DNA of 63,484 bases, filler included, from Stramenopiles sp. TOSAG23-2 (Eukaryota): the NCBI GenBank assembly GCA_900128395.1. It is 5 parts of 5 records of this genome, joined end to end, with 100 filler letters (N's around TTAATTAATTAA, not from the genome) between each part and the next. Parts side by side here need not be neighbours in the genome. Positions count along the whole stretch, not along the records: positions 38,204 to 50,822 come from LT649844.1; positions 50,923 to 63,484 come from LT649845.1; 3 more parts are not named here. The stretch is one strand, 5' to 3'. The notes beneath the pieces were generated by a model that saw only the letters and a program-made list of their open reading frames with translations, had not been told where the DNA came from and searched no databases. This document shows, one piece after another, positions 49,507 to 61,230 of this stretch. The stretch's first letter is position 1. The number at the start of each line of letters is the position of its first letter. A program made the position numbers and the translations under genes.

Positions 49507-49898
49507 CTTAAAGTTAAATAATCTTAAAGTTTCGTTAAAATAAGATCGTTAAAATAAGTTTTATCAATACTCCACCCTACCGCCCACAAAATCAAATTAA
49601 TTCACATACTTAAAGAATATAATAAAAAATAAATTATGCATTAATTAAAATATATATTTATATAGGCAAAATAACTTCCTGATCACTTAAAACCCTACAG
49701 AACATACACTACGATTAAACAATATTATACTTAAATGCCAAAAATAATGCCGGGCTCTCGCAACTTTGTTGCATTTTTTTAATATTTTTGTAAATGGCAT
49801 ACAATTTACTTCTCTCCATCATATTTTATTGAAGCCCGGAAAGCAATTAATTATATCATACGTGTGTAATATTTTTATAAACGGGTCAATCGAAAATT

Positions 49899-50822
49899 TT
49901 ACTTTATTCTTCGGAGAATTTTGCCCATTTGATACTCCTTTAAGGTCCCGCGGCTCTTTAAAACTTGAATCGCTGTAATTATAACTCTTTTATTCAAACC
50001 TTTCTCATTAAATTCTGACAAAAGCTTTGAAGTAAGGATGTCAGAGCCTAATGCCACCCGTCTTTGAATTAATTCCTCGGTTACCTGAATGTTTTGAGCA
50101 CTGTACGATTGTACGAAGTTCGAGTCATTTTCAGCCCCTAAACTTGCTAGACCAGTCGAAACTTTAAATAGGCGAATAGCTTCTGCAACATGGTCTTTAT
50201 TAACATACATCGATAAGCTCATTTTTGCTAAGGATTCAGATATTCTAACGATGGCTTCCAGTTGCCTTACTGTAATAGGCACTGAAGCTTCATCTTTCCC
50301 AATTTCTATATTCCTCCGCCTTTGTAAATCACGAATTTTTATGTAGTGACTTTGAAGAAGTTTGCTTGCCATCAAAGAGAGCGAAGGCGCACGCCTATTT
50401 CTACAATACGAAATGAAGCGTTTCATTGTCATTAAACTAAGTTCATTGTCTGTCTCTGTTTCGCCACTTTCACCGTTTTCGAAAAATTCTTCAGAGTTTA
50501 TATGTACCTCCATAACATGTTCTGCAATCTTTCTATCCTTTGCCTCATTTCGAATGTCCCTAACAATAAATATTAAATCAAATCGAGATAAAATAGTTGG
50601 CAGAAAATCTATATTTTCTGCAGCAGATTTGGAATCATCATAACTACCAAAAACCGGATTTGCGGCTGCCAGAACGGAGGATCTAGAATTTAAAATTGTG
50701 GTTATTCCAGCTTTGGCTACCGATATTGTTTGTTGCTCCATCGCTTCATGTATCGCAACTCTATCAGTTTCTCGCATTTTATCGAACTCGTCTATGCAGC
50801 ATACACCGCCATCAGACAGAAC
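49899..50822 (-). CDS. MCM5: DNA replication licensing factor MCM5, C-terminal part
   Basis: DGGVCCIDEFDKMRETDRVAIHEAMEQQTISVAKAGITTILNSRSSVLAAANP, ENIDFLPTILSRFDLIFIVRD, PITVRQLEAIVRISESLAKM. Confidence 0.92.
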   Translation of the reverse strand, partial: VLSDGGVCCIDEFDKMRETDRVAIHEAMEQQTISVAKAGITTILNSRSSVLAAANPVFGSYDDSKSAAENIDFLPTILSRFDLIFIVRDIRNEAKDRKIAEHVMEVHINSEEFFENGESGETETDNELSLMTMKRFISYCRNRRAPSLSLMASKLLQSHYIKIRDLQRRRNIEIGKDEASVPITVRQLEAIVRISESLAKMSLSMYVNKDHVAEAIRLFKVSTGLASLGAENDSNFVQSYSAQNIQVTEELIQRRVALGSDILTSKLLSEFNEKGLNKRVIITAIQVLKSRGTLKEYQMGKILRRIK

Positions 50823-50922
50823 NNNNNNNNNNNNNNNNNNNNNNNNNNNNNNNNNNNNNNNNNNNNTTAATTAATTAANNNNNNNNNNNNNNNNNNNNNN
50901 NNNNNNNNNNNNNNNNNNNNNN
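50823..50922. other. Artificial contig-joining linker
   Basis: N44-TTAATTAATTAA-N44. Confidence 0.97.
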
Positions 50923-51261
50923 TAATACCAAGATAATGAAAGAAATTTATAACGCACGGCAATAGATAAAACAGGTACGACGTATATATTGGCTACACCA
51001 AAAGTCTACAGTGTAATAAATATACATGTATATATATTTATACAGAGGTATTCAATATTATATTATTTATATTAGTATAAGAAGATTATTATTAAGATGC
51101 AAGTAGTATTATACCTGGGGCCTGGGGTATAATATTACTGTATATTAAGGCAGCACGTATTATCAAGAAGTGCATGCGGGCATGCATAAAAAAAGTTTTA
51201 CTCATGATGACAAACTTTATTATATAAAGCTTACTATTATATTATATTTACCTATTTGAAA

Positions 51262-52016
51262 CTCTCGAAACATCTCGGACTGTTCCCACTTTCTTATACT
51301 TGTTAGTATAAGATCAGCACTACTAACAAATATAAAATTTGGTGAAGGCTGGTCACAGCCCTCGAATGAAACTCAGAATTTGGTTGACAGGTCCAGGAGG
51401 CCAAAAAATATCATACAATACTATTACCATGCTATTTGAAAATGGTACATCTACACATACATTTGTATAAAAAATGTATTTGAACAATATTTATATCAAT
51501 ACAACGAATCAAATATCATATTTACATACATGCAAACATCCTTGAATCATTATTTTGTTTTAATTTATATACATATTTATTAAACATGACTCGCTTTGAC
51601 AATCAAATTAGCAACTAAATAGCACTATGATATTAGGATCAGAATAGCATCATATATCACGTATATTGCGTATGCTACTTTTAGCTTTACAAAGAAGGTG
51701 CTATATACAATTCAAACATTAAAACATTCTAAAACATATTGATAGGTGTGTAAATATGATATTCGATTCGTTGTATTGATATAAATATTGTTCAAATACA
51801 TTTTTTATACAAATGTATGTGTAGATGTACCATTTTCAAATAGCATGGTAATAGTATTGTATGATATTTTTTGGCCTCCTGGACCTGTCAACCAAATTCT
51901 GAGTTTCATTCGAGGGCCTTCGGCTGTCTTTTCTTTGCTATGTCTATAGTAAAGATAAGACTACAGAAAGTTAGACTTAACTTTCATAGGCGAAATGGCC
52001 CGAGATGTTTCGAGAG
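51262..52016. mobile_element. Foldback/MITE-like element with 169-bp inner and 17-bp outer inverted repeats
   Basis: 51358-51526 vs 51749-51917 (one mismatch seen, 222-bp spacer); ctctcgaaacatctcgg at 51262-51278 vs 52000-52016. Confidence 0.75.
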
Positions 52017-52401
52017 ATTCGGACTAGTATATAGTATATAATTGTGCTGCTAAATTATACCGACTTATCCTTATAGGGAACCGCAACAAATTAAAAATTG
52101 AAAAATCCATTTAAGGACTATACAGTGTAGCTATATATGGTAATGCATATAGGAGGTCGTAATAGTGTTAATAGTATGGCTTATACTGTAGTAATTATAT
52201 TATACAGAGAGGTAGGCCTCTTCTCCCTTAGCAAAAATTCTAAATGTGCTGCCGCCTATTGGATAATAATAATAAATAATAAATAATATGTGCGTCGTTT
52301 ATTTATCAATATCAATATATAATTTTATTATTTATTTATCCGATCTATAATTACAAATATAGAAATTACATACATACAATACAGAAGCGGAACAACATGA
52401 T

Positions 52402-53217
52402 ATGGCTGCTGCTGCTGCTACTACCGCGCAAGCATTTAGAAAATTAGTTCGTAATGGGAAATATACTACTCATACGTGTGGTTTAGGTATAGAATTGGGA
52501 CGTTATGCACAAGCAAATCTAGTCATATTGCCAAGTAAAGAAGCAAAAGATTTTCATCAATTTTGTGAATTAAACCCAAAGCCATGCCCATTATTAGAAA
52601 TGACGGAAGTTGGGTCGCCATATTTAAATCAAATGGGAGAAGGCATTGATTTACGAAGTGATCTGCCATCGTATCGCATTTTTAAGCATGGAAAGCTAGT
52701 TGAGGAGACAGACAATGTGAAAAGCTATTACGATAAGAGAGATAATGACTTAGTAGGATTTGTATTAGGGTGTTCATTTTCGTTTGAACAAGCAATTTTA
52801 GATGCTGGATTACCCGTGCGTCATATCGAACAAAATTTGAATGTACCTATGTATCGTACAAACCAACCTTGCAAAAGCTCTGGTATGTTTGAAGGGCCGT
52901 TAGTTGTTAGTATGAGACCATATAAAATGGATGAAATTGATCAAGTGGTTGAAATAACAAAACGTTATCCACGAGTGCATGGTGATCCAATACATATTGG
53001 TTCGCCTGAAAAAATTGGTATAAATATTAATAAAAAACCAGATTGGGGGGATGAAATTGAATTAGCTTCTGATGATATACCAGCTTTTTGGGCATGTGGT
53101 GTTACACCTCAAGCAGTTGTATTAGAATCAAGACCAGAATTTTGTATCACCCATTCACCTGGACACATGTTAGTATTAGATATAGAAAATGAAGCATTAG
53201 CATCAAGTACACATTGA
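52402..53217 (+). CDS. D-glutamate cyclase family / DUF1445 (UPF0317 putative hydro-lyase), stand-alone form
   Basis: QANLVILP...FCELNPKPCPLL, DLRSDLPSYRIF, FVLGCSFSFE, NVPMYRTN, GPLVVSMRP, HGDPIHIG, FWACGVTPQ, ITHSPGHM. Confidence 0.9.
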   Translation: MAAAAATTAQAFRKLVRNGKYTTHTCGLGIELGRYAQANLVILPSKEAKDFHQFCELNPKPCPLLEMTEVGSPYLNQMGEGIDLRSDLPSYRIFKHGKLVEETDNVKSYYDKRDNDLVGFVLGCSFSFEQAILDAGLPVRHIEQNLNVPMYRTNQPCKSSGMFEGPLVVSMRPYKMDEIDQVVEITKRYPRVHGDPIHIGSPEKIGININKKPDWGDEIELASDDIPAFWACGVTPQAVVLESRPEFCITHSPGHMLVLDIENEALASSTH

Positions 53218-53387
53218 GAGATTTTTTTATTATTTTATCATTATTTAAATGATATCGAGATATATCATACTTCGTATAATTTTTTTTTATATTTTTTAAA
53301 ATAATACTCGTAAGATATTTTATATTTTAAAAAATAATATCTACGAGTATATACGTTCGTATATATAATTAATAATATTCGTAAAAT

Positions 53388-54203
53388 TCACTTTCGTTTA
53401 CCTCTCAACTTTTTACCAGCTCTACTATGTTTTGAACGCCCTTTTACTCGTTTTTGCTTTTTATCATTACCACCACCACCTTTTTTATTTCCACGCTTTC
53501 TTCTACCAGTGCCACCACCTTTTGAATAGAATTTACTTTTTTTCATTTTCTGATTATTATTCAATACTTGTAAATTTTTTTTAGCTGTGTTTGTCATTGT
53601 TACTCGTTTTTTGTGACTACTATTATTACTACCAATAGCAGCTGATGATGATGACCCTTCCAATAATAATTTTTTATTTTCATTCTCAAGTTTTTTTTTC
53701 ATTTCTGATGGAGTTAACATATCAACATTGTCATCATCATCGTCTTCATCACTACTATTACCAAAACCAAATGTTGTTGTTACAGTGACATTTTCACGAC
53801 CAAATCTTTCTTTTGTAAAATCATCATTATAATTTTCAATTTGTTTATCCTCCTCGTTATCGCTGTTATCCATACTATGGTTGCTATATACAGTTACTTT
53901 TGATCTTTTGCTTTGTTTTAATGCTACAATACGTTCTTGTTCTGCTTCTTTTTTTTCCGCACGATCTTGTATTCTTTGCAGCCGATCTTGCTCCCTAAGT
54001 TTCTCATGTGCCTGTATTCTACGTTGAACTTTACGTTTATGGAATCCTGTGATATATTCTTTTCTTGCATCTTCATCAAAGGTCACTATGATTTTCTCAC
54101 GCTTTCTTTTTTTTCTATTATCATTATTTTTCTTTTTTTTATATTTTGCTAATGATGCCGTATGATATGGCGATTTTTGAAATTTTTTGTTGTAACTAGG
54201 CAT
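53388..54203 (-). CDS. RRP17: Ribosomal RNA-processing protein 17 / NOL12 (Nop25 domain)
   Basis: IVTFDEDARKEYITGFHKRKVQRR signature; basic tail. Confidence 0.88.
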   Translation of the reverse strand: MPSYNKKFQKSPYHTASLAKYKKKKNNDNRKKRKREKIIVTFDEDARKEYITGFHKRKVQRRIQAHEKLREQDRLQRIQDRAEKKEAEQERIVALKQSKRSKVTVYSNHSMDNSDNEEDKQIENYNDDFTKERFGRENVTVTTTFGFGNSSDEDDDDDNVDMLTPSEMKKKLENENKKLLLEGSSSSAAIGSNNSSHKKRVTMTNTAKKNLQVLNNNQKMKKSKFYSKGGGTGRRKRGNKKGGGGNDKKQKRVKGRSKHSRAGKKLRGKRK

Positions 54204-55118
54204 ATTCTATTTTTTACAATAACTTTATTTATATCTTACTGTTTTTTTTTTTCTTGATCTATTAATACATCAGTAGTAAAAATATATTTAAGTATAAGTA
54301 TAATATGAATAGTTGTCATATATATATATACAAAATATACAAATGTGTAATATTTGAAATAGTCTAATAGCGATACAATCTGTATAAATAAATAATATTA
54401 AATATAATAATGTGTATGATGTGTGGCAATGTCCAAATAATGCACCCCATATATTCTTCCTTCTTCCTTTACAACCAACCAAATACATCCGTATAGAAGT
54501 GCCATTTATTTAATTTTTATTTAAGGATTATTAAATATTTCCTTCATCCTTTCCACCTGCCAAAATCCTATTAAACCAGTACCATACCACCCATGATTTC
54601 CTAAAGTCATTAAATCTCCTGCTGTGGCAAAATGTAGGCAAAATGTGCCAAAATCTCTCCCATCACCAACACTAATATTAGACTACGTGCTAACGTGCTA
54701 GACTACCGTGCTAGACTACCTACTAGTCGTCTATCGTGCTATCTATTACATACTGTATATAGGAAAGAAGCCGCCGCCAGGACGGAAGGGCACATCATTA
54801 TTATTCAAATCTACAACACATATTTGCAACAATTTGTAGAGATATTATAGAGTATTATACAAATATTATATTATAGAATTAATTTAGAGATACAAATTAT
54901 CCTCGAATACTTATATTACATCATCGATTCGTAGAACAACAAAGTTTTTATAGTAATTATTATATTGCCGTGCTGCATATATATCTATTAGACATATATA
55001 TATATAGATATAGATATATATATATAGGGAGCGAGAAAGATTAGATTATTACTACTAGTTGGCAATTATTTATATATATCAAAAGTAAAAGGATATTATT
55101 TATTTTGAATTATTATTC

Positions 55119-56600
55119 ATGGAGACTATACCAAGGAGCGATAGAATTAAAAAGAAGCGTAAAAGAAATACGTCAAATGCATTTTTGGAACAGTGCTATG
55201 ATAAAAAAAAACCTATTTCTGTCATTAAAATAACGTCTACGACGACAATTGATAAATCAGTATCTCCCATTTTCAATAATAATAAGAACAATATCAACGA
55301 AAAAAAATTTCCAAAAGAAATAATTACAACTGTGAAATCCCCATCAACATCAAAATCATATTCATCACCTACATTAACTAAAAAAAAAGTTTATCATAAA
55401 CAGAAAATTATTCGGGTAAATCCATTGACAACAAGACGTGCCGGTTGTGATTTTTTGCAACGACATGTAGCGGAAGTAGATATGCTCCACCGCGATGCAG
55501 AAGACCCATCTGAACATGGCCATTTTATGGATGCGGAAATAAATAAAGTAAAATATCCATGCACATGTAAAGAATTAGCAAAAATTGTAAATATTGGTAG
55601 TGGTCGAAGAGTATGTACGATGTGTGGTCTGGTTTTGGAAAATAATATGGTGAATGAATATACACATATGCGAGGCAGCGCAGAGGGTAACAATCCAGAT
55701 ACCGGTGAAAAACGAAGTGCAGCTGCGCGGAATACTTCTGGTATTGCCAATCATTATTTCTTACGTAACTCAATGATTGGAACGCAAAATGTCAAATTTA
55801 TTAATTCCAGAGGTAAATATGTACATGTGAAATTACCAGAGGATAAATTAGACAAATGTTACATTTGCTTAACAGTTGCATTGCGTGATAATGTATTTTT
55901 ATTAAAGTTAAGCCAACGTATATATGACACGTCGTTATCGGCATTAGAGGATTTAGAACGTGAACATTTTTTCCAAGATATATCTATACCTTTTGAGGAT
56001 GAAATTAAATTATTGCCATTGATACTTGGATTGTTGTATATCGCATGTAAAATTGTGGGACATTCACGTAGTTTAAGAGAATTATGCAATCCATTTCCAC
56101 CGGAACAAATTACACCAAGCATTATTAATAATTGGCTGAAAAAAGTTAAAGCATATCTTACAATTAAGATTCCTATTACAAAACCAATTGAATACATATC
56201 AAGGTTTTGCCATTTAAACGGTGTGAAAGAACATGAAGAGCGAATTGCTAGGGAAATTTGCATAGAAGCATCAAATGTGAACATTGATGCAAATGGTCGT
56301 TTGGCACAAGAAATTGCATTAGCATCGATTTTCTTAGCAATTGCATGTGTGCGAAGTGATTTGCCAGATATAGAAGACATGGCAAGAAATGTTGGAGTTG
56401 CTAAAAATGCTGTCGAAAAATCATACATGAAATTGAGGCAATATTCATATTTGCTGTTACCAAAATTTGTACAAAAATTATTAGATGTAAAAGTAAATGC
56501 ATTGAAAGTACAACAGGGCACTGATAATAGAAGTACTGCTACGATTGAGAAATTTGGTTCTGTACGTGGTTTAAATAGCTTACCTACCTTTCGAACGTAA
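55119..56600 (+). CDS. Divergent TFIIB-family transcription factor
   Basis: Zn ribbon CTC...GRRVCTMCGLVLE; two cyclin-like folds (LLYIACKIVGHSRSLREL; YISRFC...GRLAQEIALASIFLA...MARNVGVAKNAVEKSY). Confidence 0.8.
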   Translation: METIPRSDRIKKKRKRNTSNAFLEQCYDKKKPISVIKITSTTTIDKSVSPIFNNNKNNINEKKFPKEIITTVKSPSTSKSYSSPTLTKKKVYHKQKIIRVNPLTTRRAGCDFLQRHVAEVDMLHRDAEDPSEHGHFMDAEINKVKYPCTCKELAKIVNIGSGRRVCTMCGLVLENNMVNEYTHMRGSAEGNNPDTGEKRSAAARNTSGIANHYFLRNSMIGTQNVKFINSRGKYVHVKLPEDKLDKCYICLTVALRDNVFLLKLSQRIYDTSLSALEDLEREHFFQDISIPFEDEIKLLPLILGLLYIACKIVGHSRSLRELCNPFPPEQITPSIINNWLKKVKAYLTIKIPITKPIEYISRFCHLNGVKEHEERIAREICIEASNVNIDANGRLAQEIALASIFLAIACVRSDLPDIEDMARNVGVAKNAVEKSYMKLRQYSYLLLPKFVQKLLDVKVNALKVQQGTDNRSTATIEKFGSVRGLNSLPTFRT

Positions 56601-57539
56601 AAAAAAAAAAATAACTCTCTGCATAATATATATATAAAAAAATTTTCTCTTACACATAATTTATATACGAATATACGAGTATAAAGTTTTTTTTACTCCC
56701 CGTAAGTTATATCCAAAATCATATGCATATGCATAAACGATTTAAAGGGTCACTATCATATGTCATATATGCATATAATATATGCATATATCATATGTAT
56801 ATGATATATGATAGTATCATAATAAAATAATTTAATTTACGCATAATTTATTTTTAATTTACTCATGATAATTCCTACTCTTCAAAAGAATAAAATAACT
56901 GAAATAATCTATCTCACACAAGTGTGTTGATATTCTCATAATCGAAAATACCAATGAAGGTAAATAGATAGTATCAAATTCTCATAATCGAAAATACCAA
57001 TGAAGGTAAATAGATAGTATCAACTACTCATAATAAAATAAATAAAATTTAATTTATCATTTTACTCTCTGCTGCATATACGTACATTTTTTTATATTTT
57101 ACGAACCGTAATATATATATACATGGTCGAGCACTTAATCAAACAGACTGGGAAAGGGCTTAGCATGGACATACCAGGAATTGTCATGAGTATCATAGGA
57201 ATAAAAAAATTAAAATATGATACGACGTACATTTTTATATAAAATATTATATAAAAATCCCTTTTTGTTTTTATAAAATGTTAACATATCATACCCCAAA
57301 AGACGGTATGCATAGACTAACACAACACATTTCTCTTTATTAATATAATTTATCATTGTCTATATATTTACAAAGTATAATTATAATTATGTACGTATCA
57401 TGCATATCTAGCTATACACGATATACAAAATCTTACATTAGTTTCCCAAATGCTATTCTCATCACATATATATCTACGGATATATATTTATATATCATAT
57501 ATATATAATATCATATGATAGTGTGGTTTATCATACGAT

Positions 57540-58190
57540 TTATAATATACTACATTTACTAAAGAAACCAACTTTTTTTTGTTGTTTTGGTATACTGTTG
57601 CCACTTTCATATGTATTAGATGTACCTGCACCCATCACACCAGTAGTATGTGATGATTCACTACTTGTACTTAATTCTAATGACATACTAATCGCTTTAC
57701 GAAATGCCTTTTCAACATTGACATCATCTTTTGCACTTGCTTCAAAAAAGACAACTTTCCCTCCTCTCTCTTCAAGTTGTGCTTTCTTTTCTTGGCCTTC
57801 CTCCACTTCAACCCTACGTTCATCTTCCATATCACTTTTATTACCAATTAAAATAAATGGGAGTTGTGCTGCACGCGGGTTGACTTGGAAAATTTGCTCG
57901 TAAAACTCATCAATTTTTTCAAACGTTTCATTATCATTTATTGCATAAACAAGCACAAACGCGTCCCCATGTGGAAGAAAATGTGGTCTCAAATCCGAAT
58001 ATTGATCTTGTCCAGCAGTATCAAGAATTTCAGCAAATATTGCTTGCCCGTTCACTTCCAAATGTTTTGTATATTTATCTTCGACAGTAGGGGAATATGC
58101 ATCTCCAACAAAACGATTGACAATAAATCGTTGTGTTAAACATGATTTACCGACACCACCTTGTCCCATAACAATTAATTTTACATTCAT
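57540..58190 (-). CDS. Ras/Rap-family small GTPase with CAAX box
   Basis: GQGGVGKS, YSPTVED, DTAGQ, NKSD, EASAK; C-terminal CSIL. Confidence 0.92.
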   Translation of the reverse strand: MNVKLIVMGQGGVGKSCLTQRFIVNRFVGDAYSPTVEDKYTKHLEVNGQAIFAEILDTAGQDQYSDLRPHFLPHGDAFVLVYAINDNETFEKIDEFYEQIFQVNPRAAQLPFILIGNKSDMEDERRVEVEEGQEKKAQLEERGGKVVFFEASAKDDVNVEKAFRKAISMSLELSTSSESSHTTGVMGAGTSNTYESGNSIPKQQKKVGFFSKCSIL

Positions 58191-58997
58191 ATTTATTATT
58201 TATGTAATATTATTCTTATTATTATAAAGATGTATTTTATTATTATCTTTGATGTATATTATAAAAAACACTTTTGCTATATTATTACAATTATATATAT
58301 ATATATATATATATTTATATTACGTCGGGGAGAGGAGGGGGGGGGTGTCTATGAGTATATGTACGTATTATATATATTATAATATTTATATATTTATATA
58401 TCTACCTGGTATAATATATATATATATAAATGAATAATAATAATGTGTTGTGCTAATAAATTAGATAGAAGAAGATATTATTTAAACAGATAGATGTATA
58501 TAGAAAAATCGTGATAAAATCCACAGATGTGCTTTTTGGTATTTATAGGTAAGCATACTTAAATACTATATCTATATTAAAAAAACATACAAAATCGATC
58601 GATACCATATAACTTTCTAAATATCCGGATAAATGATATCTCTCTTTTGCTCTTCTTCTGATCAATAGTTGATCTATATACTAATACGTGCATACTATGT
58701 ATATGTTTATACAGGTTATACAGTTAGTTTTAAAGAAGAAGAATTTCTACCTCTCGTCCTATTTATTTTACATGCTAGACTACTGTATATTTAATTTTTT
58801 ACAAAACTACAAACCAGCAAAACTTCCTCCCTTGTCGCCTCTCCCACTCTGGCAACACAAATACATCTGTATATATTTCTTTACATTTATAATATATATA
58901 TCATTCTTTTTTTATATATAATTTCTACGCGTGTATGTATCCTACTGCTTGTCTGCTTTCATTTACATCCATTTTATATTGATGAATTTAAAACATC

Positions 58998-59807
58998 TTA
59001 GCTAATGTAAATAGTTGAATAACCTTCCAATTTTTCAATAGTACGTTCTAAGGATTCAAGTTGTGCTTCAAAGCCTTCTTTTTTCTTAAGTTTATTAATG
59101 GTATCCAAGACGGTTTGATGCGAAATTTTTTGGTATTGCTTGTTCACGGAATCCCATTTTCTTTTCAATTGTTTTAATAATGCTTTTTTCTCTGCTTCTG
59201 GCAATTCAAGCGCTTTTGGCCCTTCCATATCTTTTTGTTCCTCTTGCAAATATTCTCTTAATACAGCTTTTTCTTCATTAATAGCCGCTTTAACTTGTGA
59301 TAAATATTCTGGTACTTGGCCATAATCTTTCTTTGCAACATATAGTGGCTCATCGGATGTGACTTTTTTTGGCACTGCTAGAATATTTTCAACCGCATTA
59401 GCAACCAAGAAGTTCTTTGTCGTTTGTAAGCCCATAACTGGTTTTTCACTTGGTGGTGGTGGACCTGCTTTTTTCGGACGTACCATTGGTCTTACAAATT
59501 TTTGTGGCGCATTTTTACTGATAACATCTTTACCTGAACCTTTTAAATAGTCTCTTGGATTGGAACGTGTCTTTGTTCTTCCTCCCATAGTTGATCCTTT
59601 TTTCATGGCTATTGATCCTCCTGCATTACCACTATCGCCACGGTTGGCACCTTGAACTCTAGTACTACCTTCCAAACCAAAACAAGATGCGGTTGGCGGT
59701 TTTTTAGGATTATGTCTTGAGCGATACATGGGTGGTTTTTCAATAACTGGTGGTGCATCTACAACCCAATTAGTGATGTTTTCTTCTGGTTCATTATAAT
59801 AATCCAT
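58998..59807 (-). CDS. ENKUR: Enkurin (flagellar microtubule-inner protein)
   Basis: KPPMYRSRH, EKPVMGLQTTKNFLVANAVENIL, KKDYGQVPEYL, LKRKWDSVNKQYQ; ATG at 59807. Confidence 0.88.
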   Translation of the reverse strand: MDYYNEPEENITNWVVDAPPVIEKPPMYRSRHNPKKPPTASCFGLEGSTRVQGANRGDSGNAGGSIAMKKGSTMGGRTKTRSNPRDYLKGSGKDVISKNAPQKFVRPMVRPKKAGPPPPSEKPVMGLQTTKNFLVANAVENILAVPKKVTSDEPLYVAKKDYGQVPEYLSQVKAAINEEKAVLREYLQEEQKDMEGPKALELPEAEKKALLKQLKRKWDSVNKQYQKISHQTVLDTINKLKKKEGFEAQLESLERTIEKLEGYSTIYIS

Positions 59808-60702
59808 AGTGATCAAATTTTTATGATTTGTATTGATATTTAAATATTAATATAATCGAATGGATTGATTTGATTTGAATCTTTTTCTTTTTCTCTCTCT
59901 TTCTCTCTCTCTTTTAAACAAGTATTTGCTTTTCCATATTTATTTCTGTTCTCTATATGTATCTAATATATTTCCAGTTATACCTTCCAAGAGATAAATA
60001 TATATAATGGTATGTAATGGTATCACATCTTTTCACATCACCAATTTTTGCAACGGAAAGCATTCATTTCCCAATGCTATTTCAATGTTAAAATCGTTTC
60101 ATCAAACGGTCACCTGCGATATAGCAATATTCGTTTTAAGTATACACTACGGTCACCTGCGATATAGCAATATTCGTTTTAAGTATACACTATTTTATAC
60201 TTAATACTCGATGGTACCTCGTGTTACGACCACCACATGGTCGACTGATCTGAGTGAGATCTTCGCTGCCATACTGTATACAGTATACGAATAGCATAGC
60301 GGGGTTTCCTGAGTAAGTGAGATCCTTCGCTTTTCGAATATCATACTAATATCATCCCCTCTCTTATTCTATACTGGCACTGACACACCATTAGATTCTT
60401 GATTAAAGATTTTTAGGGAAAAGAATATAGACTATGAATAAGTATAAAAATATTATAAAGCAAAAAAATAATTCCTTAAAACAATTTCTAAAGTTACAAA
60501 AAATTGTTTTAACAAAAAAAAAAGTTACAAAATTCGCACATACTGTTAAAAAAGCTTGTATACATACAATTTTTATACTAGATGTTGGCATACTACTGTA
60601 CCTGGTAATAGCACATACTAATGTACTGACATTCATCATCTTCGCCTCTGCTACACGCACAGCCCCGGTTATACTGTACAAAATTAATCATCCTGCAATA
60701 TC

Positions 60703-61230
60703 ATGCTACTTCCAAATACAACAGTTGAAGTTCCATTGGTATCACTTTCTTTTATATATGATCAATATAAAGGTAAAGAATTGAACCCTTCGCAAATGTG
60801 TTTAAATGCCTTGAACAAATGCCTTGAAATAAAAGTAGACCAGTGGCCTGCGAGGTATAATAATTTTAAAACAAAGTTGCTTGCGATACATATATCAAAG
60901 GATAGTATTAAACATCTAGCAGAAAAACATCGATTTGAAATGAGATTACTGGGCAAATCAGGGGAACGAATTCCATATCAACGAAAAAATGCGCATTTGT
61001 TTGAACCATTTCGTTCAAGGGACAGTGCTGAAATTGTAAGGATTACTGTTGAAGAGTTAATTGATGTACCAGCTTATATGGCTTCGGGTGTTATTAACGC
61101 AAGCTTTGGGTTGCACGACGGGGAAGAAATTAAAGATATACATGAGAAATGGATATACAGCACTGAACATTGTCTTGTTTATCCTCTATCTCACGTCCAG
61201 TCGTACATACACGCGTCTATTAATATTTAA
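60703..61230 (+). CDS. Hypothetical protein, possibly the intact 3' part of a decayed gene
   Basis: 175-aa ORF; the same frame upstream continues through two TAA stops. Confidence 0.4.
   Translation: MLLPNTTVEVPLVSLSFIYDQYKGKELNPSQMCLNALNKCLEIKVDQWPARYNNFKTKLLAIHISKDSIKHLAEKHRFEMRLLGKSGERIPYQRKNAHLFEPFRSRDSAEIVRITVEELIDVPAYMASGVINASFGLHDGEEIKDIHEKWIYSTEHCLVYPLSHVQSYIHASINI

Noticed and set aside
60434-60784. Stop-codon reassignment suggested by in-frame TAA here and at 47216-48030
   Set aside because: Conserved genes in the window (RPL10A, DERA, dynein, NDUFV1) end in TAA and have no internal stops; decay explains these cases better.
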